A DNA stretch of 62,949 bases, counting the filler, from Octopus bimaculoides (Eukaryota), in assembly GCF_001194135.2 (NCBI RefSeq). It is 8 parts of 8 records of this genome, joined end to end, with 100 filler letters (N's around TTAATTAATTAA, not from the genome) between each part and the next. Parts side by side here need not be neighbours in the genome. Positions count along the whole stretch, not along the records: positions 1 to 20,029 come from NC_069001.1; 7 more parts are not named here. One strand, 5' to 3'. Position 1 is the stretch's first letter, and the number at the start of each line of letters is the position of its first letter. The position numbers were made by a program, and so were the translations under genes. Below the pieces are notes generated by a model that saw only the letters and a program-made list of their open reading frames with translations, had not been told where the DNA came from and ran no database searches. Below, piece after piece: positions 1 through 12,265 of the stretch.

Positions 1-232
1 CAGATAGCTATCTGTTGGAGTCTCAGCTTTTTTAGCTGCTATTTCTGAACTTCGGTATGTGGTGAAGCAAATGTTTGCTGACCCCTTAATTATGTTTATA
101 AATGTATAAGAACTTTTAAATAAGTTCTCCACCGATAATGGTGTTTACATACCGAAGGGCTTGGTAAAAATTACTAATTGTTGATTTATTAATAAATTAA
201 TAAATTGATAAACCTTTACCCTTTTAATTGTA

Positions 233-265
<33 letters not shown>

Positions 266-962
266 CATTTGTTTACAAATTTTTCTGTGTATACATGTTT
301 GATTAGAAGCATCTATGCAGGGGTTTACAAGTATCCATGTGTGTGTGTGTGTGTGTGTGTGTCTGTGTGTGAGTGTGTGTATGTGTGAATATCAAAGAAA
401 TCTCAAGGCATTCTTTAAGTACGTCAAACTTTATGTGACAAATGTGATAAGATGGAACTCAGTCACACAGCAATCATATTTCTGTGTGAAAATATATATT
501 AAACTTATATGATTGTATGTATGTGTGTATATATATACATTATCATCAATTATATATATCTATATATATATATGTATTGAACATTGGTATTAGTACACCC
601 CTTGCATACTTAAGAATATATATATCTGAAAGTGTAAGTATAGTTAAACATGTAAAAATCAGCTTATCTATATCTGGAGTGAAATTTGTATATATCTGTA
701 CAGATATGAATTCTTTTTCTGGTATTCACATATATACTCACTCCACCACTTTTTATGTGCAGTCCTACGGTGAAAATTTCTACATGTAAACACATGTACT
801 GATCTGCTCTCATGCCTACTCCTATTTGAACGTGTTTATACACCTGTATGTATGTTTATATATACACATATGCATGTATACACATTAGTATATGACTATA
901 TTGCAATGTGTTTGTGTGTATGCGTGTGTGTGTGTGTGTGTTTATATATATATATATATGAT

Positions 963-1170
963 TATGGGAGAATTTACGAAAAAAAACAACAACAGACGAG
1001 GACAGGTGGTGTAAACAACAAAAGGATGTATTAGTTTAACGCTCGGGAATAGAGAAAGTATTTAACGTTTCGAGCTACGCTCTTCAACAGACAGAATACG
1101 GAGAAAACAAGGAGAAAAACACGGAGAAAAAAAATTTGAATGTTGTGGTCAGCGATCTATCATGGCGATT
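963..1170 (-). repeat. Short interspersed repeat end carrying a hammerhead-like motif (possible Penelope pseudo-LTR or retrozyme-type fragment)
   Basis: Minus strand 1090-1064 reads CTGTTGA-A-GAGC-GTA-GCTC-GAAAC-GTT. The segment retains CpGs in otherwise CpG-poor DNA and abuts a (TA)n tract. Confidence 0.35.
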
Positions 1171-1690
1171 ATTATTATTATTATTTCATGATTTTTACTT
1201 TGTATTTTATTATACTTATTTATTGTGTATTTACTTATTAATTTTTTCTATATGTGACTGTGGATTTTCATGGATGAGTTCATGAATTTTGGTTCTTTTC
1301 TCTAAATTATATATNNNNNNNNNNNNNNNNNNNNNNNNNNNNNNNNNNNNNNNNNNNNNNNNNNNNNNNNNNNNNNNNNNNNNNNNNNNNNNNNNNNNNN
1401 NNNNNNNNNNNNNNNNNNNNNNNNNNNNNNNNNNNNNNNNNNNNNNNNNNNNNNNNNNNNNNNNNNNNNNNNNNNNNNNNNNNNNNNNNNNNNNNNNNNN
1501 NNNNNNNNNNNNNNNNNNNNNNNNNNNNNNNNNNNNNNNNNNNNNNNNNNNNNNNNNNNNNNNNNNNNNNNNNNNNNNNNNNNNNNNNNNNNNNNNNNNN
1601 NNNNNNNNNNNNNNNNNNNNNNNNNNNNNNNNNNNNNNNNNNNNNNNNNNNNNNNNNNNNNNNNNNNNNNNNNNNNNNNNNNNNNNNNNN

Positions 1691-2479
1691 GGGCATGTAC
1701 ACTAACTTTTAACATTCTGCTTCCTTCCCCTGTTTACAGCATTCCTTGGAAGGAAGGTGTGTAGCATGTGATTGTCACATTGACAATGACAGAGTAAGTT
1801 GAGCAGAGAATCTGCATAAAGTTTTGCCAAAAACTTGGGGATAACTGCTCAGAAGCCTACACAAAGTTTTCAAAATGTCTTCATCATTGTCAACACAATC
1901 AAGGAAATTTTGTGCAACTGAAACCCAAGGGTCTTTTTGATCAGCCAAAAGCAGTTTTGGCACAAACTTGGCAGACATGCATCTCATACCGAAATCTGCA
2001 GTGATAATGGACTGAAATGATTCATAAGTAATCTGCACATCCTCTGATGACGTAATTCACTTATTTCTGCTCACAGTTGCATGCACATCTGCTATGTTTT
2101 TTTCAGTTTTACTGGCTGCAGGCCTCCCAAAACATTTATCAATATCGACATTTTTTCAGCCACCTTGGAAATAGCTGAACAACTTGTAAACTTGTGTGTA
2201 GCTCATACACTCCTCTCCATACTCTTTTGGCAACTTTATGTAGGTCTCTGAGCAGATATCGCCATGACAACTTTCTCTATCATGGTCAATGCGACAATCA
2301 CATGCTACACACGTTCCTTCCAAGCACTGCTGTAAACAGCGGAAGTGAGCTAGAATATTAAAATCTAGTGTGCATACACAGCAGAGTTTAAGGTCAATCT
2401 TTGGCAAGCAGCTTCACTCTGTGTGCTTTGGTTTCATCACTATGGCAACAGTTTGGATACTTATTAATCAGACCTCGTA
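1691..2479 (-). mobile_element. Mariner-family non-autonomous relic with fold-back structure (two 5' arms)
   Basis: Minus strand starts TA-CGAGGTCTGATTAATAAGTATCC (TIR at 2477). It encodes transposase pieces CSETYIKLPKEYGEECMSYTQVYKLFSYFQGG (HTH) and GMRCMSAKFVPKLLLADQK..VSVAQNFLDCVDNDED (WVP-region equivalent). Plus strand 1786-1875 encodes MTE*VEQRICIKFCQKLGDNCSEAY, a second transposase N-terminus. Confidence 0.85.
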
Positions 2480-3570
2480 CAACATAATATATTCTATATA
2501 TATATATATATATGATTAATAAATTCAAAAAGGGATAAAAATCTTTTATAAGAATTTTATCAAGAAGCCAGTGTGTAAAAAAATTCATAAGGGAGATTTC
2601 TATACCCAAGAATATAATTATTTGTTTATATTTATATAAGGGGCATTACTACAGAACAATGCCCCTTATATAAATATATATATATATATATATATGTATA
2701 TGTGTATGTATGTATGTATGTATGTATGTGTGTGTGTGTGAGTGCATGTGGGTATGTTGTAGGAGTGTTTATATTTGCATGCACTTGTAAGGAAAGGCAT
2801 ATATACACATATTTATATGTTTATATATTCACATATGTTTACCGAGGCCTGTCTCAGGGAACTACATAGGTAGAAGTGCAGTTACATATATTGAATATGC
2901 CTATATCTTTACATGCACATGCACACACACACACATACATGTGCGCACACATGCATGCATGCACACACACACACACACAGATACAGAGAAACACCTCTGT
3001 TGGAAACATATTACAACACTCCAGTAACTAATTTTATATTACCAAAATCTGTATCAGTTCAACTCCTTTTTTTAATAAAAAAGAACCTACTTAAAACTCC
3101 CTTCATAGAATACTCCAAACATCAGCATCAAACTTGTCCATTCTCTAGTCAATTCTCCAATGCCAGTGTTATGTATAAACATTCCTGTATGAATCTTAGA
3201 ATACCAGAGGACTTCCAGTGCTGGCTGTAATTTCTATAGAAAATCTGTAGAGATAACCTTAACATATGATTTAATAGCACTGCTAACACAGGTAGGACAA
3301 AGTATTGACTTATAAAAGCCTTTAATATACTTGGTAGTGGGAAGGTGCATTGCTTAGTTCTATATCCTGGTGTTGGATAAATAATTTAATGAAGCAGAGG
3401 GAGAGAAAGTATTCACACGACACACTATGCTTACAGTTAAATGAGGTTAAATGCTCTCTGACAACAGCTCACAGTGAACTGCTTCTCTTCAATTACTCAC
3501 CATTCTTTCTTTCATAACAATGTGTCAGTCTGCTTTTAGTCACTATGGGTGATCAGAATCCTTCCCCAAC

Positions 3571-3881
3571 TCTTAGTGGTTAGGGTATTTGGCTTATGAT
3601 TCTAAGGTCATGAGTTCAATTCCTGGTAACACATTGTGTCCTTGAGAAAAACACTTTATTTCACATTGCTCCAGTCCACTCAGCTGGCAAAACTGAGTCG
3701 TACCAGTATTTCAAAGGTCCAGCCTTGTCACATCCTGTGTCATGTTGAATCTCCCTGAGAACTACATTAATGGGACACGTGCTTGTGCAGTACTTAGCCT
3801 CATGCACGTTAATTTCACGAGCTGGCTGTTCTGTTGATTGGATCAACTGTAATCCTCGTCATCATAACCGACAGATAGCCA
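3571..3881 (+). mobile_element. tRNA-derived SINE, family B (CORE-like body; resembles octopus OR2 type)
   Basis: A-box/B-box head (tagtggttagg...gagttcaattcc), body ttgtgtccttgagaaaaacactttatttcacattgctccagtccactcagctgg, and a tail shared with 62252-62576. The family name is recalled, not searched. Confidence 0.75.
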
Positions 3882-4575
3882 GTTAGTTATGGTTGCATAA
3901 CAAAATATAATGCCCCTATCAGCAGTTAATATGTATATACCATTTGTCAGGAATCTGTTTATTATGTAAGATTGATCAATCCAGTAATGTTACATTACTA
4001 TATTTGGTAGCTTTTTAGGTAAACAGATTGGATGTGTTGCTGAAGAAGATGTAACACAGCTCCTGAAATATGTATATATACCCACTATTTATTTTCATAT
4101 CTTGGATTATGTTGTTTACACAGATGTATTCATATATGAATCATTGTAATTTCCAGTTCTGGCACTGATTTCTATAGAAAATATGTAGAAATAACTTTTA
4201 AAAAATGATATACAAATAAATCCCCTAAAGTCGACCTGAGTGGGACACATGTGCCACATGCAACCACAATAACAACAACCATTATCACCACCAATATCAC
4301 TCTCACTGCAATACATGTTTATTTCTAACATCTTGCTTTACATATATGACCGAGTCAACACAAACAATAACAAGTTTCCATTAGCATTGGGAAGTCACTC
4401 ATAAACTTATTGTGGAGATGTGCTTCCTCAACAAAGACTTTGCCTTTCATCTTTTCGGGGTCAATAAAATAAGTACAAGTTGACCAATAGGGATGATGAA
4501 ATCGACTTACCCAGCTGCTCCGAACTTGCTGGCCTTGTGCCAAAATTTGAAACCAATATTAATAAACAGGCATCA

Positions 4576-4747
4576 GGCGGTGAGCTGGCAGAATCGTTAA
4601 CCCACCGGGTGAAATGCTTACTGATAGTTGCTCTGTCTTTATGTTCTCAGTTCTAATACTTCTGAGGTTGTCTTTGCTTTTAACCTTTCAGGGTCAATAA
4701 ATAAGTACCATTGAACATAATTGACTTCGATATAACTGACTTACCTA

Positions 4748-4792
<45 letters not shown>

Positions 4793-4834
4793 TTCAAAAC
4801 TGCTGGCCTTGTGCCAAAATTTGAAACCAATATT
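4576..4834 (+). mobile_element. SINE family D (GGCGGTGAGCTGGCAGAATCGTTA head) inserted at the tail of an older copy
   Basis: Head and tail match other copies in the window. Direct repeat AATAAACAGGCA at 4561-4572 and 4835-4846 is a likely TSD. The older tail lies at about 4435-4560. Confidence 0.75.
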
Positions 4835-5382
4835 AATAAACAGGCAGGTGTAAATGGGCATTACAGCTTTTAGAAATTAGGGCATTAATATAAAATACTT
4901 TAAACACTAGAACTCTATATTACTTTCTAATGTTCAAATTAAAAATTATGTTTCGATCTTGCAATTCATATTTTTTAGCAAATTTCATGTTGAAAGGAAA
5001 ATATTTAGCAAATAGACTGATAAAATATTTATCTGGAAATGATATAAGTATCGTAGATAACATATTAGACATTGACACGAGAGATTTATGGAGAATAATT
5101 ATTATACTAATTATAATTTATATGAAAGACAAAATAATTTGAAACAAACATTACAGAAGAAGATAACAAAATTCCGATTAAAACAGTTATCAATCAATTT
5201 CATATATGAATCCCTAACATTCTTCAGTTTATGAGCATTCCTCATGCAAATAGCTGAGCAGATGATACAGAGTAAATATCACATTAACTAAAATCTTGAA
5301 AGAAAATTATTTGAGGGATAAATGCTATGATACACGATTTAAAACTATCAGAGATACAATTACTGGCACTTTTAATATAATT
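4794..5382 (+). repeat. 589-bp direct duplication, copy 1 (copy 2 at 16962-17550)
   Basis: Colinear with constant offset 12168. Identical 70-aa ORFs are called at 4930 and 17098. Only about four substitutions were seen by eye. Confidence 0.95.
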
Positions 5383-5769
5383 CAATTGTAGACAATTTGT
5401 TTACTTTGTGCAGATAAATAGTTCAATAAATGCTTGGTGAAATCATTAAGATCAAGTTGAGAAATGTTTGATTTATAGTTTAACTGAACACACAGAAACA
5501 CACACATATCTTCATATACTCAGGACAACATATATATTCTTTGATCTGTAGGCCACAGATTTGCACCAAAGTAGCTGAAAATTTGATGGAAAATGTAATA
5601 GATTTTGTAGCAGTTTTTTTATAACTATTATTAATAGATTTAAGTTTATTTTCTTTCTAGCTGTCATATAAATAGTAATTTGTATTGGTAATCATTGCCA
5701 ATTTGTATCAGTTTATGCACGTGTGTGTGTCTGTGTGTGTGTGCATGTGTGAGTGTGTGTCTCCTCTCC

Positions 5770-5886
5770 ATTCTCCTCTATGTGGCTGAAACATGGCCAC
5801 TTTCAAAGACCCTGGTAAAGAGGATTGACAGCTTCAATAGCAGAGCCCTGAGAACCATTGGGAACATCAGATGACACCATCGCATT
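5770..5886 (+). mobile_element. RTE-clade LINE fragment (RT C-terminal region)
   Basis: Translates ILLYVAETWPLSKTLVKRIDSFNSRALRTIGNIR*HHRI, matching the RTE motif LLYG.ETW.L....RLD.F....LR.I..I.W.DRI. Confidence 0.75.
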
Positions 5887-6060
5887 TTTACCTCATGACA
5901 TATGGTGAGCCTAAAAATAATAAAGGAAATACTATGATTTTATTTAGGATGTTTGTTACTTTAGAGTTAAGTACTTTTGAAGTTAACATTCTTATTATAT
6001 ATCTTATTAAATTGCCACTTGGAAATGAGCAAGTCTGTTTTGTTTGTTGGTGTCTTGTTT

Positions 6061-6240
6061 TTTAATTGTTTCAGTCTGGAGCACTACGTTAAGGAATTTT
6101 AGTCAAACTAATCAACCTCAGTACTTGTTTTTAAATCTGCTACTAATTCTATCAGCATATTTTGCTGAACCACTAAGTTAAGGGGACATAAACACATCAA
6201 CAGCAGTTGTCAAGCAGTAATTGAGGACAAACAAACATAT
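6061..6240 (-). mobile_element. SINE family A, 3' part
   Basis: Reverse complement matches the tail of 9985-10410. Confidence 0.6.
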
Positions 6241-6253
6241 ACATGTAGATGCA

Positions 6254-6299
<46 letters not shown>

Positions 6300-6470
6300 T
6301 TAATGTATATATTATTATCTCAGTTTTAAAAAAACCTTTGACAATGTAAATATGTTAATAGTTACTATAGGCAGCAAAAATTACACAAAAAAACCAGGAT
6401 ATCACAGCCGTTTCATAGGTAGAGATACCAAGTTGAAGTGATGCATTTTGAGAAGATATGAATAATAACA

Positions 6471-6535
6471 ATAAATGGAGCAAAACGCATATAAAAAAAA
6501 GTTCCTTTTATTTATATGCGTTTTGCTCCATTTAT
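6471..6535. repeat. Perfect 25-bp inverted repeat with 15-nt spacer
   Basis: ATAAATGGAGCAAAACGCATATAAA (6471-6495) and TTTATATGCGTTTTGCTCCATTTAT (6511-6535). Confidence 0.9.
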
Positions 6536-6559
6536 ATATATATATATAAATATATATAC

Positions 6560-6591
<32 letters not shown>

Positions 6592-6895
6592 AGTAAAATA
6601 AGGATTTGGATAGAATCAGGTACTTGAAAAGATATGCACCAGGTTAGGTTGGATAAGCTTGTGCTTCCCACCAATCGTCGGTCAGTATCGAATAGGATAT
6701 TCCGGTTGTATTCTTGGGATATTTTTTTGTTTGTAAAATTACATTTCATCTGATGATTATGGGTTTTTTTGTAATGGAGCAATGTTTATCATTCTTCTAT
6801 TAAAAAATGCATAAGAAACAGCTGTAATGAGTTGATACTTATCCCTCATCTGTTATTATTCATTTGATTATATATGTGTGTGTGTATATATTCAT

Positions 6896-6929
<34 letters not shown>

Positions 6930-6946
6930 CTATATTTATATATATA

Positions 6947-7117
6947 CATGAGAATGGATACATCTCACGTACAGAGGAAATGTTCTCCTGTGAGAAGACA
7001 TTTGCCTAAGATAAGATGAGCACCTCTCTAGTGAGGAGAAACCTGTCTCCTGTGAAAGGGACCCTACAGTTAGTGAACTGTAATCCATCTTCTTTTGCAA
7101 GTGAAATGACCTCCACA

Positions 7118-7122
<5 letters not shown>
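6947..7122 (+). repeat. About 170-bp direct repeat, copy 1 (copy 2 at 8712-8879)
   Basis: catgagaatggatac...gcaagtgaaatgacc..cacattcat is shared. The second copy has a small deletion. Confidence 0.9.
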
Positions 7123-7160
<38 letters not shown>

Positions 7161-7161
<1 letters not shown>

Positions 7162-7312
7162 ACTGGTTCTTTAATTTTCCGTCTGCCAAATCTACTAACA
7201 AAGCTTTGGTCAGCCCAAAGCTATAGCAGAAGACATCTGCCCTAAGTGCCACACAGTGCAATTGAACCCAGAACCATGTGGCTGTAAAACAAACTTCTTA
7301 CTACAGAGCCAG
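7161..7312 (-). mobile_element. SINE family A, 5' part
   Basis: Reverse complement of the GGCTGTGTGGTAAG...GACGGAAACTGAAAGAA head. Confidence 0.7.
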
Positions 7313-8084
7313 CTTTGTAAACATAAAATATTTTGTTAAGAAAGTGTATTTTCTTTGAAAGGGAAGTAATTTTCATTTTGTACATTATTTCAAGCAGGGG
7401 TTAGACAACAAGGTCGTACTTTTAATATATTTACATTTCATTTTAGCGTGTAACTCTAAAGCAAAAATGGTTTCTTCTTTTATGTGATCTGTCCCTAAGA
7501 GAAATTACAGCAAAAGTAAATAAATAAAATAAGTAATAAAAAAATAAGAAATATTAAGGAAAAATATCTTAATGAGTGCATAAAAGAAAGAAAGACATTT
7601 CCACAAAACAGCTTACCATCACAGGTAACAGCTTTGACAATAATAACAGGCATATATATTCTTTGTTCAGTTTGGTGAACAATAACAAAATGTAATCACT
7701 TGCAAACGTTCTTTTCATAAAATCCCATTAATATGGAACATTTTGACGAGAAAAAGTAAAGCTTGGCAGAATTCAGTCCACAAGACAGGAGCCAGTGTGC
7801 CATAATCTATCACACAGTGCGTAAATGAGGAAAGGTAATTTACCTGTGTTTTGGCAAGGTTACAGAGGCTTTCCTTATTTTTTTTCCCCAATAGGAATTG
7901 AAGACATCCCTGTCAGACACTTCAAATGAAATTTATACGAGAAGAGACGGGGGAGAAATGGGAAGAGAGATGGGTGGAGAGAGAGAGAGAGAGAGTATGG
8001 AATACATATGTCATCTTTAGAACAGAGGATAATGCTAAAGTGCCATCTCAAATTTCATGCAACACATCTGCTCATAAACTGGTT

Positions 8085-8150
8085 CTGATGGACTTTTGAA
8101 GGAGAACACATAATGTCAATAAATTCAGTGATGATGGTGATCTCTGGCTA
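8085..8150 (+). mobile_element. Possible highly decayed CR1/L2 RT core
   Basis: 8112-8144 translates NVNKFSDDGDL, similar to the xxKFADDTKL motif. No other clear motif is in frame. Confidence 0.2.
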
Positions 8151-8711
8151 GGAATCATCTTTTAGACACAGTACCAGCAGATGAGTCAATACAGAAATTT
8201 TAATGTAAATTTTTGTAAGTTGCCATGACCTTACAAAATCGTGAAATGATAACAAAGTTGTGTCTTATAGAGTGTGCTGAGAGAAAAGCCTTAACACTTG
8301 GAATCCAGCACAGACGGCCCAGTGACTTATTTGTGCCTGTAAAAGCCATTTAAGAGCTTTCTGTGCAAAAGGAATAATCGGACAAAAACCATAATACCAG
8401 CAACAAATCATGGAGGTTGATGGACCCCAGACAGTAGTGAGCACAACTCTTGAAAGAAATCACTTTGCCTTCATAAGCAGGGGTTAGCATTCAAAGAATC
8501 TGTCTAACAACCTCAACTGACAAAGACAATAAGAATCATCGACAACAGCAACAACAGTGAGAACTGAATCACCAGGCAGCCCTTCTTCACAGTAACACCA
8601 CATCATTCAGTTATGATGTGGTACTACACATGGAAGTCATAGGGAATCAGTGGAATGAGCAGACAAAACATTAGAAGATGTATATGAAACACTTGTAAAA
8701 GATAATAAAAT

Positions 8712-8879
8712 CATGAGAATGGATACGTCTCACGTAAAGAGGAAATGTTCTCCTGTGAGGAGACATTTGCCTTAGATAAGATGAGCACCTCTCTTGTGCC
8801 TGTCTCTTGTGAAAGGGACCCTGCTGTTAGTGAACTGTAATCCATTTTCTTTTGCAAGTGAAATGACCTTCACATTCAT
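8712..8879 (+). repeat. About 170-bp direct repeat, copy 2
   Basis: Matches 6947-7122. Confidence 0.9.
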
Positions 8880-9984
8880 TTGAAAGGCCAACAAGTATAT
8901 AATAGAAAATGTATTTAAAATGCAAAAGAACACTCAGGATGAAATGGTTGATTAGACAAGTGAAAGGATCAAATTACAAAGTGAGAAAATGGAAGAATGA
9001 TTGATTGTTAGTGCAAATGTCCACAACATATTATTGGGTTTTGCATGTACACCATCCCAGAATAAAGGTCCTCACTGAGGATTCTGAAAACTCTACCAAT
9101 GGGAAGTTGGTGATGAAATGGCTGGGGATAAATTCTACAGGCATGGAAGTGCTGTCAGCTGATTCGGTCCAAGATTCACAGCCACAAAACTGTTCTGCAC
9201 ACACTCATCCAGTGCCCAAGCATTGTTGTCATGTGGAGTTATGTTGAACACCTAATGTTGCATGCTGAATGCTCCTTCAATAAACGGGGCAGGAAAACAC
9301 ATTTGCCATATAGGACATCAAGGATTTCATTAGTCCCTGGCTTGTGGTCACTTTTGTGATGTAATAGAAGCAGATGGTCAATTCTGAGGTATTTGTTTAA
9401 TGATATGTGTTTGGGTAAGATCACCAGAGATGTACAAGACTTCATGATATTACAAAGCCACAAAACCATCTGAGAACAGTGCTCTGTAGAAAGTTTTAAA
9501 GGAAAGCATTTAGACTGTCTATGCAGGCTACAAATAGTAGTAGTATTGGATGATAGCAGCAGCAGTATTACTAATAGTAGTAATTTAAAATGTTCTTCCT
9601 GGAAGGTTTGATGAAAGTCCAGCAATAACTACAACAAAAAAAACATGGAAACTAATTTTCTTGAGATGATGCCAGTCAAAACATTGAAGATGCCAGGGGA
9701 AGTTATCCCATTCTCTTTACCAGGAAATCTAGAAAGTTCCTCATATGATCACAACCAGCAATAACAAAAGGGAGATGATAGAAAAGAGAAGAACCAATAG
9801 AAGTAACATCTATTGCAGTGTTACAAAGGCCCTAAAAGACTTGCAACGGGTTGGTGTGGACTGGCAGCCTGTTACTAGGGTAAGGAAAATAGTGTAAAAA
9901 GAGAATGAAAAGGGTTAGTTGTGTAAGAAACTTTTGACTATGGTGTGAGAGAACTGTGGACTTTAGGTATTGAGTAAATGCACA

Positions 9985-10410
9985 GGCGCAGGAGTGGCTG
10001 TGTGGTAAGTAGCTTGCTTACCAACCACATGGTTCCGGGTTCATTCCCACTGCATGGCATTTTGGGCAAATGTCTTCTACTATAGACTCGGGCCAACCAA
10101 AGCCTTGTGAGTGGATTTAGCAGACAGAAACTGAAAGAAGCCCGTTGTATATATATATATATGTATATATATATGTATGTATGTATGTATGTGTGTGTAT
10201 ATGTTTGTCCCCCCCCCCCAGCATCGCTTGACAACCGATGGTGGTGTGTTTACGTCCCCATGACTTAGTGGTTCGGCAAAAGAGACCGATAGAATAAGTA
10301 CTAGGCTTCCAAAGAATAAGTCCTGGGGTCGATTTGCTTGACTAAAAGGCGGTGCTCCAGCATGGCTGCACTCAAATGACTGAAACATGTAAAAGAGTAA
10401 AAGAAAAGAG
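9985..10410 (+). mobile_element. Full-length SINE family A (GGCGCAGGAGTGGCTGTGTGGTAAG head, internal TA/TG microsatellite)
   Basis: Pol III A-box/B-box head (tggtaagtagc, ggttcattcc), conserved body, and an A-rich (AAAGAGT) tail. Many copies occur in the window. Confidence 0.85.
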
Positions 10411-10596
10411 TAAGTGACTGGGTGAAATCACAAAAGACAAACAAGACTTCATAAGGCCACAAACTACTACAAAACTGTCCATGTAAAATGCTTGAGAGAA
10501 AAGCATTTAAACTGTCTATTCAGTCTAGAAAGCCCAGTACAGAACTGGTAAATATAAGGAAGGTCTATCATATAATGTGAATCAATGAGAAAGTAA

Positions 10597-10807
10597 CCCT
10601 TTTGCATTCAGTTTATTCTGTCAAATGTAATGCTTATTTATTAGCATTGTTTTGAATTAATCCTGCTTTATCTTGTTAGCTTTGAGATTTCGATGATGTG
10701 ACTGCATATATTTTGAATGACATTGTAGGGTAGGTGTGAGAGTTCATATCTGGCCAGTTTGAAAATAAAACAGGTAGAATATTTGGGCTGTATTAAATGC
10801 TAAAGGG
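10597..10807. mobile_element. piggyBac-type MITE
   Basis: TIRs CCCTTTTGCATT and AATGCTAAAGGG, flanked by GTAA (left) and TTAA (right). Confidence 0.7.
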
Positions 10808-11870
10808 TTAAGGGTTCACAATTTGGAGCATGATAATGAAGTAATACTAATGAAAGTCACAAGTGTATGAAGTCCTCACAGTACCTTAATCCAGAAGATA
10901 TCAGTCATTCCAACAATTAATCTAATTAGGAAACACAAATATAATTTGATTTTAGTAAATGCTGTGAAAAGTATGATGTGTAGTGATGAAGAGAGATGCA
11001 GAAGTTAACAGTATTTCTCATGGGAATTGCAAGAAAATTGCTTTGTGTAATGTTTTGACCTAACCACATCAGTGGGTTCTTATGCAAGAGCTTTCCATGA
11101 CATTTCTGATTTTTACAAAAGATGGTAAATTGGCAAAATTGTAAAAGTATCAGCAAAATGCCTTGCTTGTGGCCTACTGTGTTCTGAGTTCAAATGCTAT
11201 TGAGTTCAACTTTGCCCATATTATCTCTGGAGTCAATTAAAATAAAGTTGCAGTCTATGCACAGCAGCCAATGGTATCAACTTAATCCTCGTCTCTAAAA
11301 ATTGCTGGCTTTGTGCCTTAATCAGAAATTATTATTATTATATATTCTCAATGTATTGAGAACTTCATTCCTTTTGTATGTATATCTTTCATCTTTTACT
11401 TGTTTCAGTCATTTGGCTATGGCCATGTTGGAGCACCACCTTGAAGGGTTTTAGCTAAACAAATCGACCCCAGGATTTATTTCTTAAAGCCTAGTACTTA
11501 TTCTATCAGTTTCTTTTGCTAAACTGCTANNNNNNNNNNNNNNNNNNNNNNNNNNNNNNNNNNNNNNNNNNNNNNNNNNNNNNNNNNNNNNNNNNNNNNN
11601 NNNNNNNNNNNNNNNNNNNNNNNNNNNNNNNNNNNNNNNNNNNNNNNNNNNNNNCTGTCATATGTCCAGATTTGGTGAAAGGCGTTCTTTTCAATATTTA
11701 TTTTTGCTTGCAATAGCCGGTTCTTTTGATCAAACTATTGTATCTCCAGCTGCTTCAGATGTCAAGATATCAAAAATTGCCAACGGTTTTGCAATGGAAT
11801 GGTGAAACTATTTTTTCTTTTTCTGAAAAAGTAATGTTTGGACTTACGATACTTTTGCATAATAGCAACA

Positions 11871-12265
11871 TAGGCACAAGCGTGGCTGTGAGGTAAGTAA
11901 CTTGCTTACCAGCCACATGGTTCTGGGTTCAGTCCCACTGTGTGATACCTTGGGCAAATGTCATCTACTATAGCCTCAGGCCAACCAAAGTGTTATGAGT
12001 GGATTTGGTAGATGGAAACTGAAAGAAACCTGCTGTATATAAATGTGTGTGTGTGTGTTTGTGTGTTTACGTTTGCTCCTCTGCCATTGCTTGGCAACCA
12101 ATGTTGATGTATTTACATACCCATAACTTAGCAGTTCGGCAAAAGAGACTGATAGAATAAGTACTAGGCTTACAAAGAATAAGTCCCAGGGGTTTATTTG
12201 TTCAACTAAAGGCAGTGCTCCAGCATGGCTACAGTCAAATGACTGAAACAAATAAAAGAATAAAT
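11871..12265 (+). mobile_element. Full-length SINE family A (CpG-decayed)
   Basis: Colinear with 9985-10410. An inverted partial head follows at 12273-12412. Confidence 0.8.

Noticed and set aside
4930-5142. Identical 70-aa ORF twice (also 17098-17310)
   Set aside because: This follows from the DNA duplication. The ORF has a TTG start, AT-rich composition and no protein motif.
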